Positions 28,020 through 41,036 of a stretch of 64,000 nucleotides of DNA are shown here, in pieces. Origin of the DNA: Octopus vulgaris (lineage: Eukaryota); contig OX597815.1 in the NCBI GenBank assembly GCA_951406725.2, forward strand, positions 17,174,001-17,238,000, in the 5' to 3' direction. A model generated the notes under the pieces. The model searched no databases. It saw only the letters and a program-made list of their open reading frames with translations, and was not told the origin of the DNA. The position numbers and the translations under genes were made by a program. The number at the start of each line of letters is the position of its first letter. Position 1 is the stretch's first letter.

Positions 28020-28859
28020 CAGGGTGCGGTGAATGAATTTTCGTCTAAATTACACAAAAATGAAAATAATACTGACATCTCATTTTAATAGGTATATATT
28101 TACCAAAATTACATGCAAATATCTTGAAATACTAAAGAGCAAACTTATTCAATAAAATCGCCATTGGCTTGAAACACGGCTTCCAGACGACTTCGAAATT
28201 TCATGTAGCTCTTCTGGATAGTCTCCTTGTTTAAGTTGCTGAATGCTGCCATAATCCTTGCATTGAATTCATCTTTGGTGTTAGAAGAAGATTTGTTGGT
28301 CTCTTGCTCAACTGCGCCCCATACATAATAACCAAGGGGTTACAGTCTGGGGAGTTAGGTGTGATGTGGTCGCAGAAACTTTCTGACAGACATGACTAGG
28401 TTCTCATGCTTATGTGGCATGGTGCAGAGTCCTGTTGCCATACATAGGGTCTTCCAGCAGTCACCCACTTGACCCAGGGCAGAACTACCTCCTCCAAGCA
28501 CTTGATGTAGGCCTCTCTGATTAGTTTGAGGCCGTGTGGGAAGATTAATGGAGGTATAACGTCACCATCGTTAGTGATCACCACGATGCTGACTGGATGT
28601 TTGATTTTTATCACTCTCGGTACATCTTTTGAAACCCAACACTATGAAATGCTCGTATTGCAGCTTCCCGTGTGAATACCAAGCAATACAGCATGTCGTT
28701 TTCAAATTTCTGGCAGAGTGGATTGCGATACGGCACTGTTTTTCTCACAGACGGTGCCTAACTGAGCCTACTATACTGTGTAGTCTACAAAATGGAAAAC
28801 AAACATGCGCATGCGCGAAATTATAAATATTTTAAATGGTGACAATTTACCCTTGCCTG
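28020..28859 (-). mobile_element. internally deleted Tc1/mariner element, probably DD37D (maT)
   Basis: TA|CAGGGTG terminus. Minus translation YIKCLEEVVLPWVK..AGRPYVWQQDSAPCH..PNSPDCNPLVYYVWG, with stops and a missing N-terminal part. Confidence 0.8.
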
Positions 28860-29450
28860 ATTCGAGTGGTCGCAGGGGTAAAAATACGCGAAACTGCTAT
28901 GACTGTCTGGACACTGACCGAGGAGAATATTGGGCTGGAAATGGTCTGTGTATCTTGTTATTGTCCAATTTCCCGTTTGTTATGTTATCGTCTATTTTTG
29001 CGTACGTTGTTTTTTGCTAGATTTCCGCTTGTGTTGTGTTCTTTCGGTCCTAACCTTGATTTATATATATATATATATATATATCATAAAGGATAAAATT
29101 AACTCACTGCAAGTTTTAATAGAGTGTTGGCTGCTATCACCATGACCTTCATCACTTGTTTGGTGCATTCAACGTACAAAGGTTAGCTAGCAATATTCAA
29201 TGCTAACGGTAGTCACGCGAGATATTGAGTTCATCTCTTTGGATCCAGGATGCTCTGTCATCACGTGACACCATGTGACGTCAAGCATCTTTCAGAAAAT
29301 GACGTTTTATCATTAGGAACGGTTTCTTAATTAGCACTCTTCAATCAATGCTATATTAGTCTGTTAATGAACCGGTTACTATATAGTATGTGTGTGACGA
29401 TGTGTGCGACGTTTCTTTTGTGGTTCGGTTTATGTATGTATGTATGTATG

Positions 29451-29484
<34 letters not shown>

Positions 29485-29730
29485 TTCATCTGCATACATA
29501 CAATACGTCCCTATAGAGTTTGTGTTAAGCAAATTGTACTCGTTGAGTATTGACCTACTTGAAGCTTTAGTAAAAGACACTTGGGATCTAAACGGATTTG
29601 CATGGCTACACAGTGCCCTTCTTGACTAGATAATAGTGGTGTGTTTAGTGAAATTAAATTTTGAATAATATCCACTATTTGTATAGAGAGAGATTTGCGT
29701 TTGTTTCTATTCTATGAAGAGTAGAATAGA

Positions 29731-29781
<51 letters not shown>

Positions 29782-30489
29782 ATATATAAATAAATAGTAA
29801 TGGTTCTTCAACAATTTTGCTGAAATGGCTGTGCATTCTTCTGTTGATATGGACCAGACTGCTTTTGGATCATTCTTATTTAATTAATTCTCGTTATTCT
29901 GATCCAGCGCTTGATTATAGATGGAAGATATACAAATAATCAGGAAATAATTCTCTTCGATGGTTTGCAAGACAATTGAAGAATGGACAGATATGTCTGT
30001 CCAAAGAATTTTAGTTGTTCATAATGTTTATTAATTAATCTTAAAGAAATATAAAGACGAAATATTTCCCAGTTTCCATCTAAGATGATATTCCAATAGA
30101 AAAATGTATCTTGGCTTTTCTGAAATGGTATTTTGTGAAAAATAAATGCGGAGCTTATAATCAATATCAGCCTCAAATAATTCCATCTGTTGTTTACATG
30201 GCAAACAACTCACGTGAAGCTATATAGAAACAGAATTAAGCTATATACAATAAAAACTGAAAAAATGTAAAACAGAAATAAACTTATGAATTTTTGAACA
30301 ACCATTTCGGCAATTTCTTCCTCGGAAATTTTGACAAGACGCACAAGACTGGAAATATAAGAGAGACTATTTTTAGGAGAAATGTTGGCGGATTTAGAAA
30401 TATTCATTCCATAACGGAAGTATCTGTAAATTTTCAATATTTAACTCGTTTTAAAAATAGTGAACTGCTAGAATCGCTAGAGTGGCATG

Positions 30490-31217
30490 AAAAATACATT
30501 ACAGTATTTAGCTATGACCATATTTATTTTGAGTTCAAATCCTGTAGAAGTCAACTTCGCTTATTATTCTTCCGGTGTCGATAAAATAATAACCAGTTAA
30601 GTGCTAATGTGAAATCTTAATTGATTGCGCATTCTCACAAAATTGATTCCTCGTGTCAATGCTAGAAATTGACATCAAAATTGATCCGAGATAAGCATCA
30701 CTGAGATCGATTTTGTCTGACGTCCTTCCGTGAAATATAGCTTCTATAAAGTACACTGTCAATATGATCGACCATATTTCTCCTACATAATGGATGGCCT
30801 TGTACCTATGTCAGAAATCGATATTAAGAGCAGTGGTTGACAGAATCTTGAGAGCGACGGGAAAATGGCTTGCGGTATTTGTTTCTGCTTTCTCATGTTC
30901 TAAGTTCAAATCCTAGCAAGCTTAACTTCTCACCTCTAATTCTGTTGGGGTTAGGGGCAAAGTGAGGCACCAGTCAAGTACTGGAATCGGCGCAATCGAC
31001 GACACTCCTCCTATGTGCTTAAATTTGAAACAATTATTAAACTGGAATGGCTGAATCGTTATCAGGTCGGGGAAAAAAAATTGCTCCTTGTTTCGGCATT
31101 TTAAAATCTGACGTTAAAATCTCGTTGAAGTCAATTTTGCCTTTCATTCTTTCGAGGTCGATAAAATGCAATTCCAGGTCAATGGTATTGACGAACCCTA
31201 TTTCCCTCAAGTTGTTG

Positions 31218-31220
<3 letters not shown>
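30490..31220 (+). mobile_element. cluster of highly decayed old SINE-A-like copies
   Basis: Repeated GAGTTCAAATCC..(C)TTTCATT/CCTTC..GGTCGATAAAAT remnants at ~30530, 30720, 30900 and 31140. Confidence 0.6.
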
Positions 31221-31272
<52 letters not shown>

Positions 31273-31275
<3 letters not shown>

Positions 31276-31549
31276 GGTACTGAAACCTATTTGAAACTGA
31301 TACCAGGCTTACCATCCCTACAGGAAGTGCAAAAATCGTGTTAACTGCAACGGCTCATCATGTACTGAGAAGAGCATTATCGCTGTGAAAACAACATCCA
31401 TCCATGAATTTATTTATTTATTAATTTTTAAATACATATTTTATCTGTGAATTTGCGTGTGTAATCTGGGAATGCATACAATGAGCTTCTCTGCCCTAGG
31501 TGTACGGAAAAGACCCGGCGAGAAACAGAAGAAAATTTGAAGAAAAAAG

Positions 31550-31550
<1 letters not shown>
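31273..31550 (+). mobile_element. 3' end of an R4/Dong-like (RLE) non-LTR retrotransposon in (AAT)n
   Basis: KGTETYLKLIPGLPSLQEVQK-IVLTATAHHVLKRALSL* (approx. ExQKxVLxGTAxILRxxL), followed by a 3' UTR; (AAT)n on both sides. Confidence 0.75.
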
Positions 31551-31768
<218 letters not shown>

Positions 31769-31779
31769 TTTTGTTCTTT

Positions 31780-32039
31780 TATTTATTTCAGTCAATTGAC
31801 TGCTGCCATGCTGGAACACCGCCTCTAGTCGAACAAATCGACCCCAGAATTTATTCTTTTTAAGCCTAGAACTTATTCTATCGGTTTCTTTGCCGATCCG
31901 CTATGTTGCGGGGATGTAAACAACACCGGGATCGGTTGTCAAGCGATGTTGGCGGGACAAACACAGACACATACACATATGCATACACACACACACACAT
32001 ACACACATACACACACACAGACACACAGACACACAGAGG

Positions 32040-32105
<66 letters not shown>

Positions 32106-32228
32106 CGACGGGCTTCTTTCAGTTTCCGTCTTCCAAATCCACTCACAAGGCTTTGGTCGGCCCGAGGCTATAACAGGACTGAACCCGGAAGCATGTGGTT
32201 TCTAAGCAAGCTACTTACCACACAGCCA

Positions 32229-32230
<2 letters not shown>
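31780..32230 (-). mobile_element. SINE-B copy with a small internal deletion, within (TTA)n
   Basis: Matches SINE-B; the CORE-like segment is missing at ~32175. Confidence 0.88.
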
Positions 32231-32262
<32 letters not shown>

Positions 32263-33139
32263 GTTATTATTATTATGCTATACCTGTTATAATTCACTTG
32301 CATTCGTGTTAGGTAATTTTCCCAAGCCAACGTCTAGCCAAACGGGATAGTTACTGATTTATTTTCTTTTAAGACACAAATAATCACACAGCGTTGCATC
32401 TGAACAGATAATTCGATGAAGAGAAAACAAAACACAGACAAGGCAAAATAAGCAAATATTTTAATAAATACATCTTATCTTCTAACGGGATTGGAAGATT
32501 GAGGCTATTATTCTTCGCAACTCATCCATTCCTATATAATACAGGTGACGTATTTCCATCGGAGGCTTAAGAGGTATTCACCAAACGATGCTATTTTAAT
32601 TTACAAGAGAAAAGACATGTTGTTTGCAGTCGTATTGTCTAGACAAGGAATTAATCTTAGAGTCTGCTAACACGGCTGATTCTTCATATATCACTATACA
32701 AGATTGATCACTGAGTGTGATATTAACTCCATGATATGCTCCTCTTCTTGAAGAAAGCTACATTTTATATCTAAAGAATGTTTCTTTTCCGGACAGTATT
32801 AAGCAGCACTTTTTATTTATTTATCGAAATCGAATTATCATGAAAGTAACGTATTTGCTCCTCATTGTAAAGCATCGAGTAACAAATGATATTACTGTAA
32901 ACGATTTTCTTAACAAGTAGTTCTATAAAATAATACCAATATCCTGCTTGGCCCAACACCAGTTCTAAACAAACTTCATGAAAGAGAGCCTCGTAGACTA
33001 GTTCCAACCTCACCACTATTCTTATCTATGACTAAATTCCGATGTATCGTTCTATTCATTAAGGCCCGCCAGCCTTAAAAAGCGTGAACGTTTATCTAAA
33101 TCTAATTTTCAGTTCTATCAATTTTATATTTCATAGTAT

Positions 33140-33560
33140 GTAAATACTAAGAAATAGTTGAGCATGTAAACCAATAGACCGATCTTGGACAAATAATATG
33201 CTGAAAGGATAAAAATCAGACTAAATAAATTGGACGACGAATACATTTAGGATGGGCAGCATTTGGTAAATTGAATCACACCAAGAGTAGTAATTTGCTC
33301 TCCATATGTCTAAAAGGAATGGTCTTCAACCAGTGTCTACTGCCTACCATTATGTGTGCATCAGAAACATGGACCAACAATACATTAGTAGCAATAGAAA
33401 AACGCTAGCAAAAGTGTGGCAACAGGTTTAACGGATATTATCTGGAAAATATAAACCCTGAAATGGTTTTTCGCGGGACATGTGCGTAGAAGAAAGGACA
33501 ATAGATGGAATACCAAATTGACAGGGTGGACACCAATTTCAGAGAAAAAGAGTGAAAAAC
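33140..33560 (+). pseudogene. decayed RTE-clade LINE RT C-terminal region
   Basis: DLGQII..NQTK*IGRRIHLGWAAFGKL; LKGMVFNQCLLPTIMCASETWT; KWFFAGHVRRRKDNRWNTKLTGWTP. Confidence 0.85.
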
Positions 33561-34061
33561 CATGCAAAAATTGTAATGAAGAATTTGTTAATTCTTCGGT
33601 ACTCAAACAGGGATGAGGAAAACATCAGACCGTGTTTGGGGGAGAGAATATATCGAGGCATTCGTCCAGCAGTGGACTGAATAGATGAAAACACCATGTA
33701 AAAAAGACCTTCATCCTTTTGGAAGCTCCTAGTACATGAGTGTCTTTGTAAACACACCTTTTATTTTTCTATAACCTGTGTTGTAAAGCAACCAGTCTCT
33801 ATGTTACATGAAGCTGTAAAAATGGGTGGCACTAACGAAAACTTTGTTGATATTGAAATGTTACTGAAATGTTAGATATAGTGGTAACATATAGTGAAAG
33901 GCGGTACAACCAAGCGGTAGCTGTTTTGAATGATAAGTGAATATTCTTGGTGGGCTCTCGTCCTTCGTTTGTATGTATGTTTGTGAGTGTGAGTGTATGT
34001 TTGATACACAGAGAGAAAGAAAGAGAGAGAGAGAAAGAGAAAGAGAAAGAGAAAGAGAGAG

Positions 34062-34096
<35 letters not shown>

Positions 34097-34189
34097 GAGA
34101 TTGGGATGTTTTAATTGAAGAGATGAAAATATTCCAGCTGACAACTAAAGTGATATCACCGTTTTCTCTTCAACTCATCGTGACAAATG

Positions 34190-34640
34190 CCACATCAATT
34201 CTTTTGTGAACTCACTTGCCTGGAACCAATATGTTTTTCTGCGATGAGTGCAGGCTGACTCCTACAGCAAAACATGAGTTGGAAGGGAATATTGCTATTG
34301 CAAGACTATCTTTGTAAACAGCTTAGTACGAGACCTGAAGTGTACACATCAAGGATGACGAGAGGAGGTGAGACGAATGAATTGGTAGTGTTTTAGTGGA
34401 GGTTGTACGAAAAGCCACATTAGTAGCAATAGAAAATGTAGAGTGGTAAGGCAGCAGATCTATGGACTAGAGAGTTGGCTTGGTTTGGTAAGCAACTTTC
34501 TTTTTGCTAACCATTAGAGTGGCCTTTCGTTGAACACTGTCCAGAGTGTCTGTGCATCGAGCGGCAATTTTCTACGTTTTCTACGTTGAGACAGTTCTCC
34601 ATTATGTCTCAATTTGTATAAAGTTTATGTAAAGTTTGTA
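34190..34640 (-). pseudogene. possible very old LINE RT remnant
   Basis: Patchy similarity (..IFPS.., TVFNERPL*WL.., DVAF) to the FP..W / NxRLxWxLE region of I/Jockey-group RTs; many stops. Confidence 0.35.
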
Positions 34641-35031
34641 ACTGTTGGAAGTAGAACTATTTTGGGAAAGAGGAAGACCAGTCTTTGGGATACTGTCCTC
34701 TCTATGTTGAGGATGTCAAATCGCCAAAACATTATTAGACATATATTGGTTAATATGTATTTCGAAAGAACAGAAATTTGACATTCTAAAGTATTAGGTA
34801 TGTCGCGTTACTATTTAATTCCGTACCTTTAACATCAAAGTTCAAATTTCCTCGAGGTTACATCCTTTCAGAATTCGATAGAATAAAATAACACATCCAT
34901 CCCGCCAAATGGTTAGCCTCCTGGACACTTACATATCAATACTGTTCAGAAAGTAAGGCGATCGCCATTTTGATTGGAACATAAAACGAAGATAGATGAA
35001 ACTAAACAATGCTCTATTATTCATTTCGAGA

Positions 35032-35212
35032 TAAGGTGGCAAGCTAGCAGAATTGTTAGCAGCATTTCGTCCGCCTTTACATTCTGAGTTCAAATTCCAC
35101 CGAAGTCGACTTTGTCTTTCATCTTTTCGAGGTCGGTAAAATAAATACTAGTTGAACACTGAGGTCGGTGTAATCGTCTTACCACCTCTGAAATTACTGG
35201 CGTAGTATCAAT
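35032..35212 (+). mobile_element. older SINE-A copy
   Basis: Head AAGGTGGCAAGCTAGCAGAATTGTTAG, B box and body. Confidence 0.8.
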
Positions 35213-35939
35213 TTGTTTTCCTCATTATTTATTCCGTAGGAGCCTTCATTCGATATCTGAAACTGGTAGAAATATAAACAGTAACGCATTTAGATCACAT
35301 TAAATAGTAAAAGATACATTGAAGAATGTGTTAAATAGTAAACGATACATTGAAGAATGTTGTCTCTGATATATAAACACGAAGTGGGTGGTCTCTTTGT
35401 ATCACCTATGATCATAGTCTACTGAAACAGAACTGACCCGGAGCTAAATAACAATGCAGGTAACAAATCCATTGCCTTCTCTATGAACTAATATTAGATT
35501 GTTATAGTTCACTTAAGCAGAACGTGTCAAGAAATAATTAAAATTAACTGACCGGTTCCAATAAACAAGATCCGCTTATTATTTTTACAAGCTTTCATTA
35601 TACCGAATCTTTCGAGCCTCGCTGCCGAGAGCGCGTTATTTAATTAAAATATTTTCCCACTAAAGTTTAGGAGAAAACGTTATGATGTTTTATCTCGAGG
35701 CAGGAATCATGCAACTGCAACTGTCATGTGGAATTTATATTCACAAGAATCTGGCGTATTTTGCCAAGAAATTTCAGCAATGCAGGAAGCGCAAGTAACT
35801 TTGTATTGAAAAGGTTTTGAGGCAGTTGTGAGCAATGAAAAGAATGCAAATAGATGTCCACCGGACAGCCTGAAGCCTTCTCTTGTTCAATGAATGCTTC
35901 GATGAAAATACAGAAAGAAACGAAGTTCTCTGTTAGTCT

Positions 35940-36535
35940 TTTTCTCTCCTCTATCAACTCTCTTTCTCTCTCTCCTCTCTCTTTTTCTCTCTGTTTCTCT
36001 CTCATCTCTGTTTCTCTCTCTCCTCTCTCTTTTTCTCTCTTTCTCTCTCTTTCTCTCTCTCCTCTCTCTTTCTCTCTCTCCTCTCTCTTTTTCTCTTTCC
36101 TCTCTCTTTTTCTCTCTTTCTCTCTCTTTCTCTCTCTCCTCTCTCTTTTTCTCTCTTTCTCTCTCTCCTCTCTCTTTCTCTCTCTCCTCTCTCTTTCTCT
36201 CTCTCCTCTCTCTTTCTCTCTCTCTGCTCTCTTTCTATCTCTCTCCTCTCTCTTTCTCTCTCCCCTCTCTCTCTCCTCTCTCTTTTTCTCTCTTTCTCTC
36301 TCTTTCTCTCTCTTTCTCTCTCTCCTCTCTCTTTCTCTCTCTCCTCTCTCTTTCTCTCTCTCTGCTCTCTTTCTCTCTCCTCTCTCTCTGCTCTCTTTCT
36401 CTCTCCTCTCTCTCTCTCTTTCTCTCTCCTCTCTCTCTGCTCTCTTTCTCTCTCCTCTCTCTCTGCTCTCTTTCTCTCTCCTCTCTCTCTGCTCTCTTTC
36501 TCTCTCCTCTCTCTTTCTCTCTCCCCCTCTCTCTA
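35940..36535. repeat. ~600 bp (CT)-rich polypyrimidine tract
   Basis: Direct reading; source of the Ser/Leu and Arg/Glu pseudo-ORFs. Confidence 0.97.
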
Positions 36536-36805
36536 TGTATATATATCTTTCTCTCGCATATATTAGTAATAGCTGCTAGCCAAATAGCAAGGACGGCCTT
36601 CGTGACATTTTGCGTCATTTTTATAGGATTATGATATTCGGGATGTTCGTTCTATAGAAACAATAAAGTGCGTAAAACGCTTCTGTTTACATTCATTAAC
36701 TGCTTCACTCTTTAACGCTCGTCTTCTATTTCCTTTTATTTCCGCACACATATGCACACATACACACACACACGTAAACAGATACACACATAGATAAATA
36801 GTGCG

Positions 36806-36885
<80 letters not shown>

Positions 36886-37105
36886 TAATAGATAAAGAGA
36901 GATGATGAAGAGAACAGTGAGAGAGAGAGAGAGAGAGAGAGAAAAAGAGAAAGAGAACAGTGAGAGAGAGAGAGAGAAAGAGAGAGAGAGACAGTGAAAG
37001 AAATACACAGATGTATTGGGTCATTGGCCTTCACAACAACATAAACACACATATATACCAACATGTGCACGCACACCCACACACTATCTCTGTTTTTCAC
37101 ACACA

Positions 37106-37157
<52 letters not shown>

Positions 37158-37327
37158 ATAACCATTTTTCCGAAGTTCGAAGTTGAGACTTTATTCTATT
37201 GCTGTAACTCAGCAAATGTGCTGTGCATTTCAGTTACTCTGAGTAAATGATACATCAGGAATTAGGGAAAATTAATGACAGTTAAAATGTTTATATATTA
37301 ACTTATGAACTTAGAATTATATCAACG

Positions 37328-37572
37328 GGTAAAAATTCTCTTTGGTCATGAATAACTATGGGATTGCATCTAGAAAGTTCCCCTCCGAGGCACAAGTCCA
37401 GACAAGGTTATTTATGGAAGACCAGCAGTCGACCATGCATACCAGCCTCCCCTCTCCACGTTACCAATGATGTCATCCAAGGAAAGGGGCAAAGGCCGAT
37501 ACAGCTTGGCACCAGTGACATCGCAATTAATTCTACAGCTCACCGAACTGGAGCAACGTGAAATAAAGTGTC
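37328..37572 (-). mobile_element. 5'-truncated CORE-type SINE with tail W
   Basis: Begins GACACTTTATTTCACGTTGCTCCAGT (shared with the 8461 copy), then an unrelated tail. Confidence 0.7.
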
Positions 37573-37990
37573 GATATAATCCTTGGGATATTTGGTGTCG
37601 GACAAAGTATCTTACACAATGATATCATATCGTCTACTCTCTGAGTTCAAATGCCACATGGGTTGCTTTTTTTCCTGTATTCCATTTGTTTATTTCATCA
37701 TGATAAATATCTGATTGTTTCAACCAACTATATTTCCTTCTCCAAATTCCTGACATTGTGCCAAAAGTTACTCTCTTACGACCAAAGTAACAACAAGACT
37801 GTCTCTCTTTCGCTATTCTTCGCTTTTCTATTTCTTCCCCTGTTGGATGAAAATAACTCGAAACGGTAAACATTTCATACCTTACGCCAATCGAACACAT
37901 CGGACTTTCCCATGGACTCTCCTCTTATTGACTCCGTATGCCGGTACGCTGGAATGTGTTCAATGTGTTTGAATGTGTTTAATATGTAAA

Positions 37991-38378
37991 ACTAATATAT
38001 AAAGCTGAAGTTGTCTGTGTATGGCAGGTTTGGTAGTCTTCAACTAGCACTCTCTCCTCCGAGACCCTGCTGCGCAAGTTGACCAAAATTGAGAGCATGA
38101 TAGAAGAAGGCTTGCTCTTCATTCCGTAGAAAACAAAATTCAAATCGGACCATGTTAACACAAAAAATTATTTACATCAAAAAGTGCTTTTTAACTGTGA
38201 AAATCCCTATTTTTTACGATTTTTTGACTGCTGTGTCGCTATTTTTCGGTCCATTTCAACCAGAAAAATGTTCACTTAAAGAGAATAACAAGCTACATAA
38301 TGCAAGAGTTTTACTTTTCAAAAATTCCAATTCTAAAGGGTCGAAACAAACCCGAGCAACGCCGGTCGACACTGCTCA
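37991..38378 (+). mobile_element. non-autonomous Helitron, degenerate termini
   Basis: 5' CTAATATATAAAGCTGAAGTTGTCTGTG and 3' ACAAACCCGAGCAACGCCGGTCGACACTGCT match the ends of 18147-18544; the interior differs. Confidence 0.75.
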
Positions 38379-38452
38379 TATCCAGTAACCTTACATCCCT
38401 GTATTTAGTGGCTATCTAAGCAATATATTCGTGGAAGATTAAGGGGTTCCAT

Positions 38453-38496
38453 GGATGCTGATGAAGGGGTAAAAACTCTCGAAACGTGGCGCATAC
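38453..38496 (+). ncRNA. degenerate hammerhead-like motif
   Basis: ggatg-CTGATGA-aGGGGT aaaa ACTCTc-GAAA-cgtggcg-catac; core boxes intact, cleavage-site region altered. Confidence 0.45.
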
Positions 38497-38673
38497 GCTC
38501 ATTACACTTTTTTCTTCTTCGATTTCGTTGTTTGTTTACATCTGACGTCTCGGATACGAAACGTCGCAACAAACAGATATTCTATAGAATATCTGTAGAG
38601 ATAACAATAACAAGCGACCTATTGGCTACATGTTCCTAACACTGACTCTCGTCAGGTTCCTTAGAATCCTGAT

Positions 38674-39100
38674 ACTCTTTTACTCTTTTACTTGTTTCAG
38701 TCATTTGACTGTGGCCATGCTGGAGCACCGCCTTTAGTCGAGCAAATCGACCCCAGGACTTATTCTTATTCTTTGTAAGCCTAGTACTTATTCTATCGGT
38801 CTCTTTTGTCGAACCGCTAGGTTACGGGGACGTAAACACACCAGCATCGGTTGTCAAGCGCTGTTGGGGGGACAAACACAGACACACAAACATATACACA
38901 CACATACATATATATATATACATACAAATATATGACGGGATTCTTTCAGTTTCCGTCTACCAAATCCACTCACAAAGCTTTGGTCGGTCCGAGGCTATAG
39001 TAGAAGACACTTGCCCAAGGTACCACGCAGGGGGACTGAACCTGAAACCATGTGGTTGGTAAGCAAGCTACTTACCACACAAAGCAAGCTACTTACCACA
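38674..39100 (-). mobile_element. SINE-B copy with duplicated 5' end
   Basis: TSD TAGAATCCTGATA on both sides; AAGCAAGCTACTTACCACA duplicated at the truncated 5' end. Confidence 0.9.
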
Positions 39101-39727
39101 TAATCCTAGAATCCTGATATTAACTTATAATTTGAAATGCAATCAGGTAACAATGTCAGAGAGAGAATACCAGGAACTGAGTTTATGATTGACACTATAT
39201 CTACGTTTGCATATTTTTGTATACTATTTTGTATATGAAATTGTCTGCCTGGGCGTAGCTTATATATTTATCTGTCTATCTTTAGTGTTCTATCGCTGCT
39301 AGATGTTTACTTGCTGCGGTTGAGTTAACGTGACTTGATGAAAAGAGATTCCGGAACGAATAGGTTTCAGGTAGCTGCCATGATTCTAATCTTTTGTTTT
39401 ATTGTCGTTGAGATTTAGAAACTACCATAAACTAGTGAATGCTGTTAAAAACAAACAAAAAAGAATTCTTACAGATAGTGTGATATTTATACTGGCCTGA
39501 TTAAACGTCTGTTTCTTCGTAGTAGAACATAATATATTCGCTCATAACATATGTCGTTTCTACGTAGAAAGTATTAGTGAACACTTAAGTGTATTCAGTG
39601 ATATAGTCAGTTAATAAGAGACATATGTGGTTCGTGTCATGTCAGTGTGGCTGTTATTAGTGTTTTTTTCTACGTGAAATATGTGCTTATATTCTGTATT
39701 GATGATTTGTGGAGGAAGGAATAATAA

Positions 39728-40502
39728 TATTGGTTTCAAATTTTAGCACAAGGCCAGCAACTTGGGGGAATGGCTAAGTCGATTACATCAACCCCAGTGT
39801 GCAACTGGTATTTATTTTATTGACCTTGAAAGGATGAAAGGTAAAGTCGACCTCGGCGGAATTTGGACTCAGAACATAAGGACGGACGAAATACCTATTT
39901 CTATTTCTTTACTACCCACAATGGGCTAGACACAGAGGGGACAAACAAGGACAGAAAAACGGATTAAGTCGATTATATCGACCCCAGTGCGTAACTGGTA
40001 CTTAATTTATCGACCCAGAAAGGATAAAAGGCAAAGTCGGCATCGGCAGAATTTGAACTCAGAACGTAGCGGCAGACGAAATACCTATTTCTTTACTACC
40101 CACAAGGGGCTAAACACAGAAGGGACAAACAAGGACAGTCAAACGGATTAAGTCGATTACATCGACCCCAGTGCGTAACTGGTACTTAATTTATCGACCC
40201 CGAAAGGATGAAAGGCAAAGTCGACCTCGGCGGAATTTGAACTCAGAACGTAGCGGTAGACGAAATACCTATTTCTTTATTACCCACAAGGGGCTAAACA
40301 CAGAGGGGACAAACAAAGACAGACATAGGTATTAAGTCGATTACATCGTCCCCAGTGCGTAACTGGTACTTAATTTATAGGCCCCGAAAGGATGAAAGGC
40401 AAAGTCGCCCTCGGCGGAATTTGAACTCAGAACGTAGCGGCAGACGAAATACCGTTAAGCTTTTTGGCCGGCGTGCATACAATTCTGCCTGCTCGCCACC
40501 TT
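39728..40502 (-). mobile_element. SINE-A concatemer: head + 3 young bodies + 1 body with the older tail
   Basis: Same junction GAAATACCTATTTC; imperfect TSD GAATAATA(A/G)TATTG. Confidence 0.9.
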
Positions 40503-41036
40503 AGCGAGAATAATAGTATTGTACATTTGTTTATATAAGAGGGGACACCAGACATTCCTCGGGTTAGAAATTAGATTACATTTCCATTTCCCCATTTCCG
40601 GGACGTTTGCGAGGTTCTGATCCCGACAAGACATTCTTATTTCGAAGATGGTAAACACATTGTGTGAGCGTAGAACGATACCACGACTTGTCTCCAAAAC
40701 AGAAATTACTTATAGATTTCGAGTTGACCAAGAGATTTACTACAAATAAATCAAGAAGACAGATTAAGTTAAGAGTTATCAGACATACACGTAATATTCA
40801 TGATGCCATTTTCAATATAGATCAAGAGCAGATACACTAAATAGGCCTAATACTACATCATATTGCGTAAACTACTGCACAATTAATAAGATAAATTCAC
40901 AACGAAGTAACCAAATACGAAAATTAAAACTATCTTTGCAAAATATATTAACCAGCGACATCAACAAACGTTAGGTAACATATTTCATTCAAATACTTAG
41001 CAGGGAGATTGTTATTGATTTGTTGTTGTTGAGTTG

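Noticed and set aside
35854-36618. 241 aa Ser/Leu ORF
   Set aside because: (CT)n tract.
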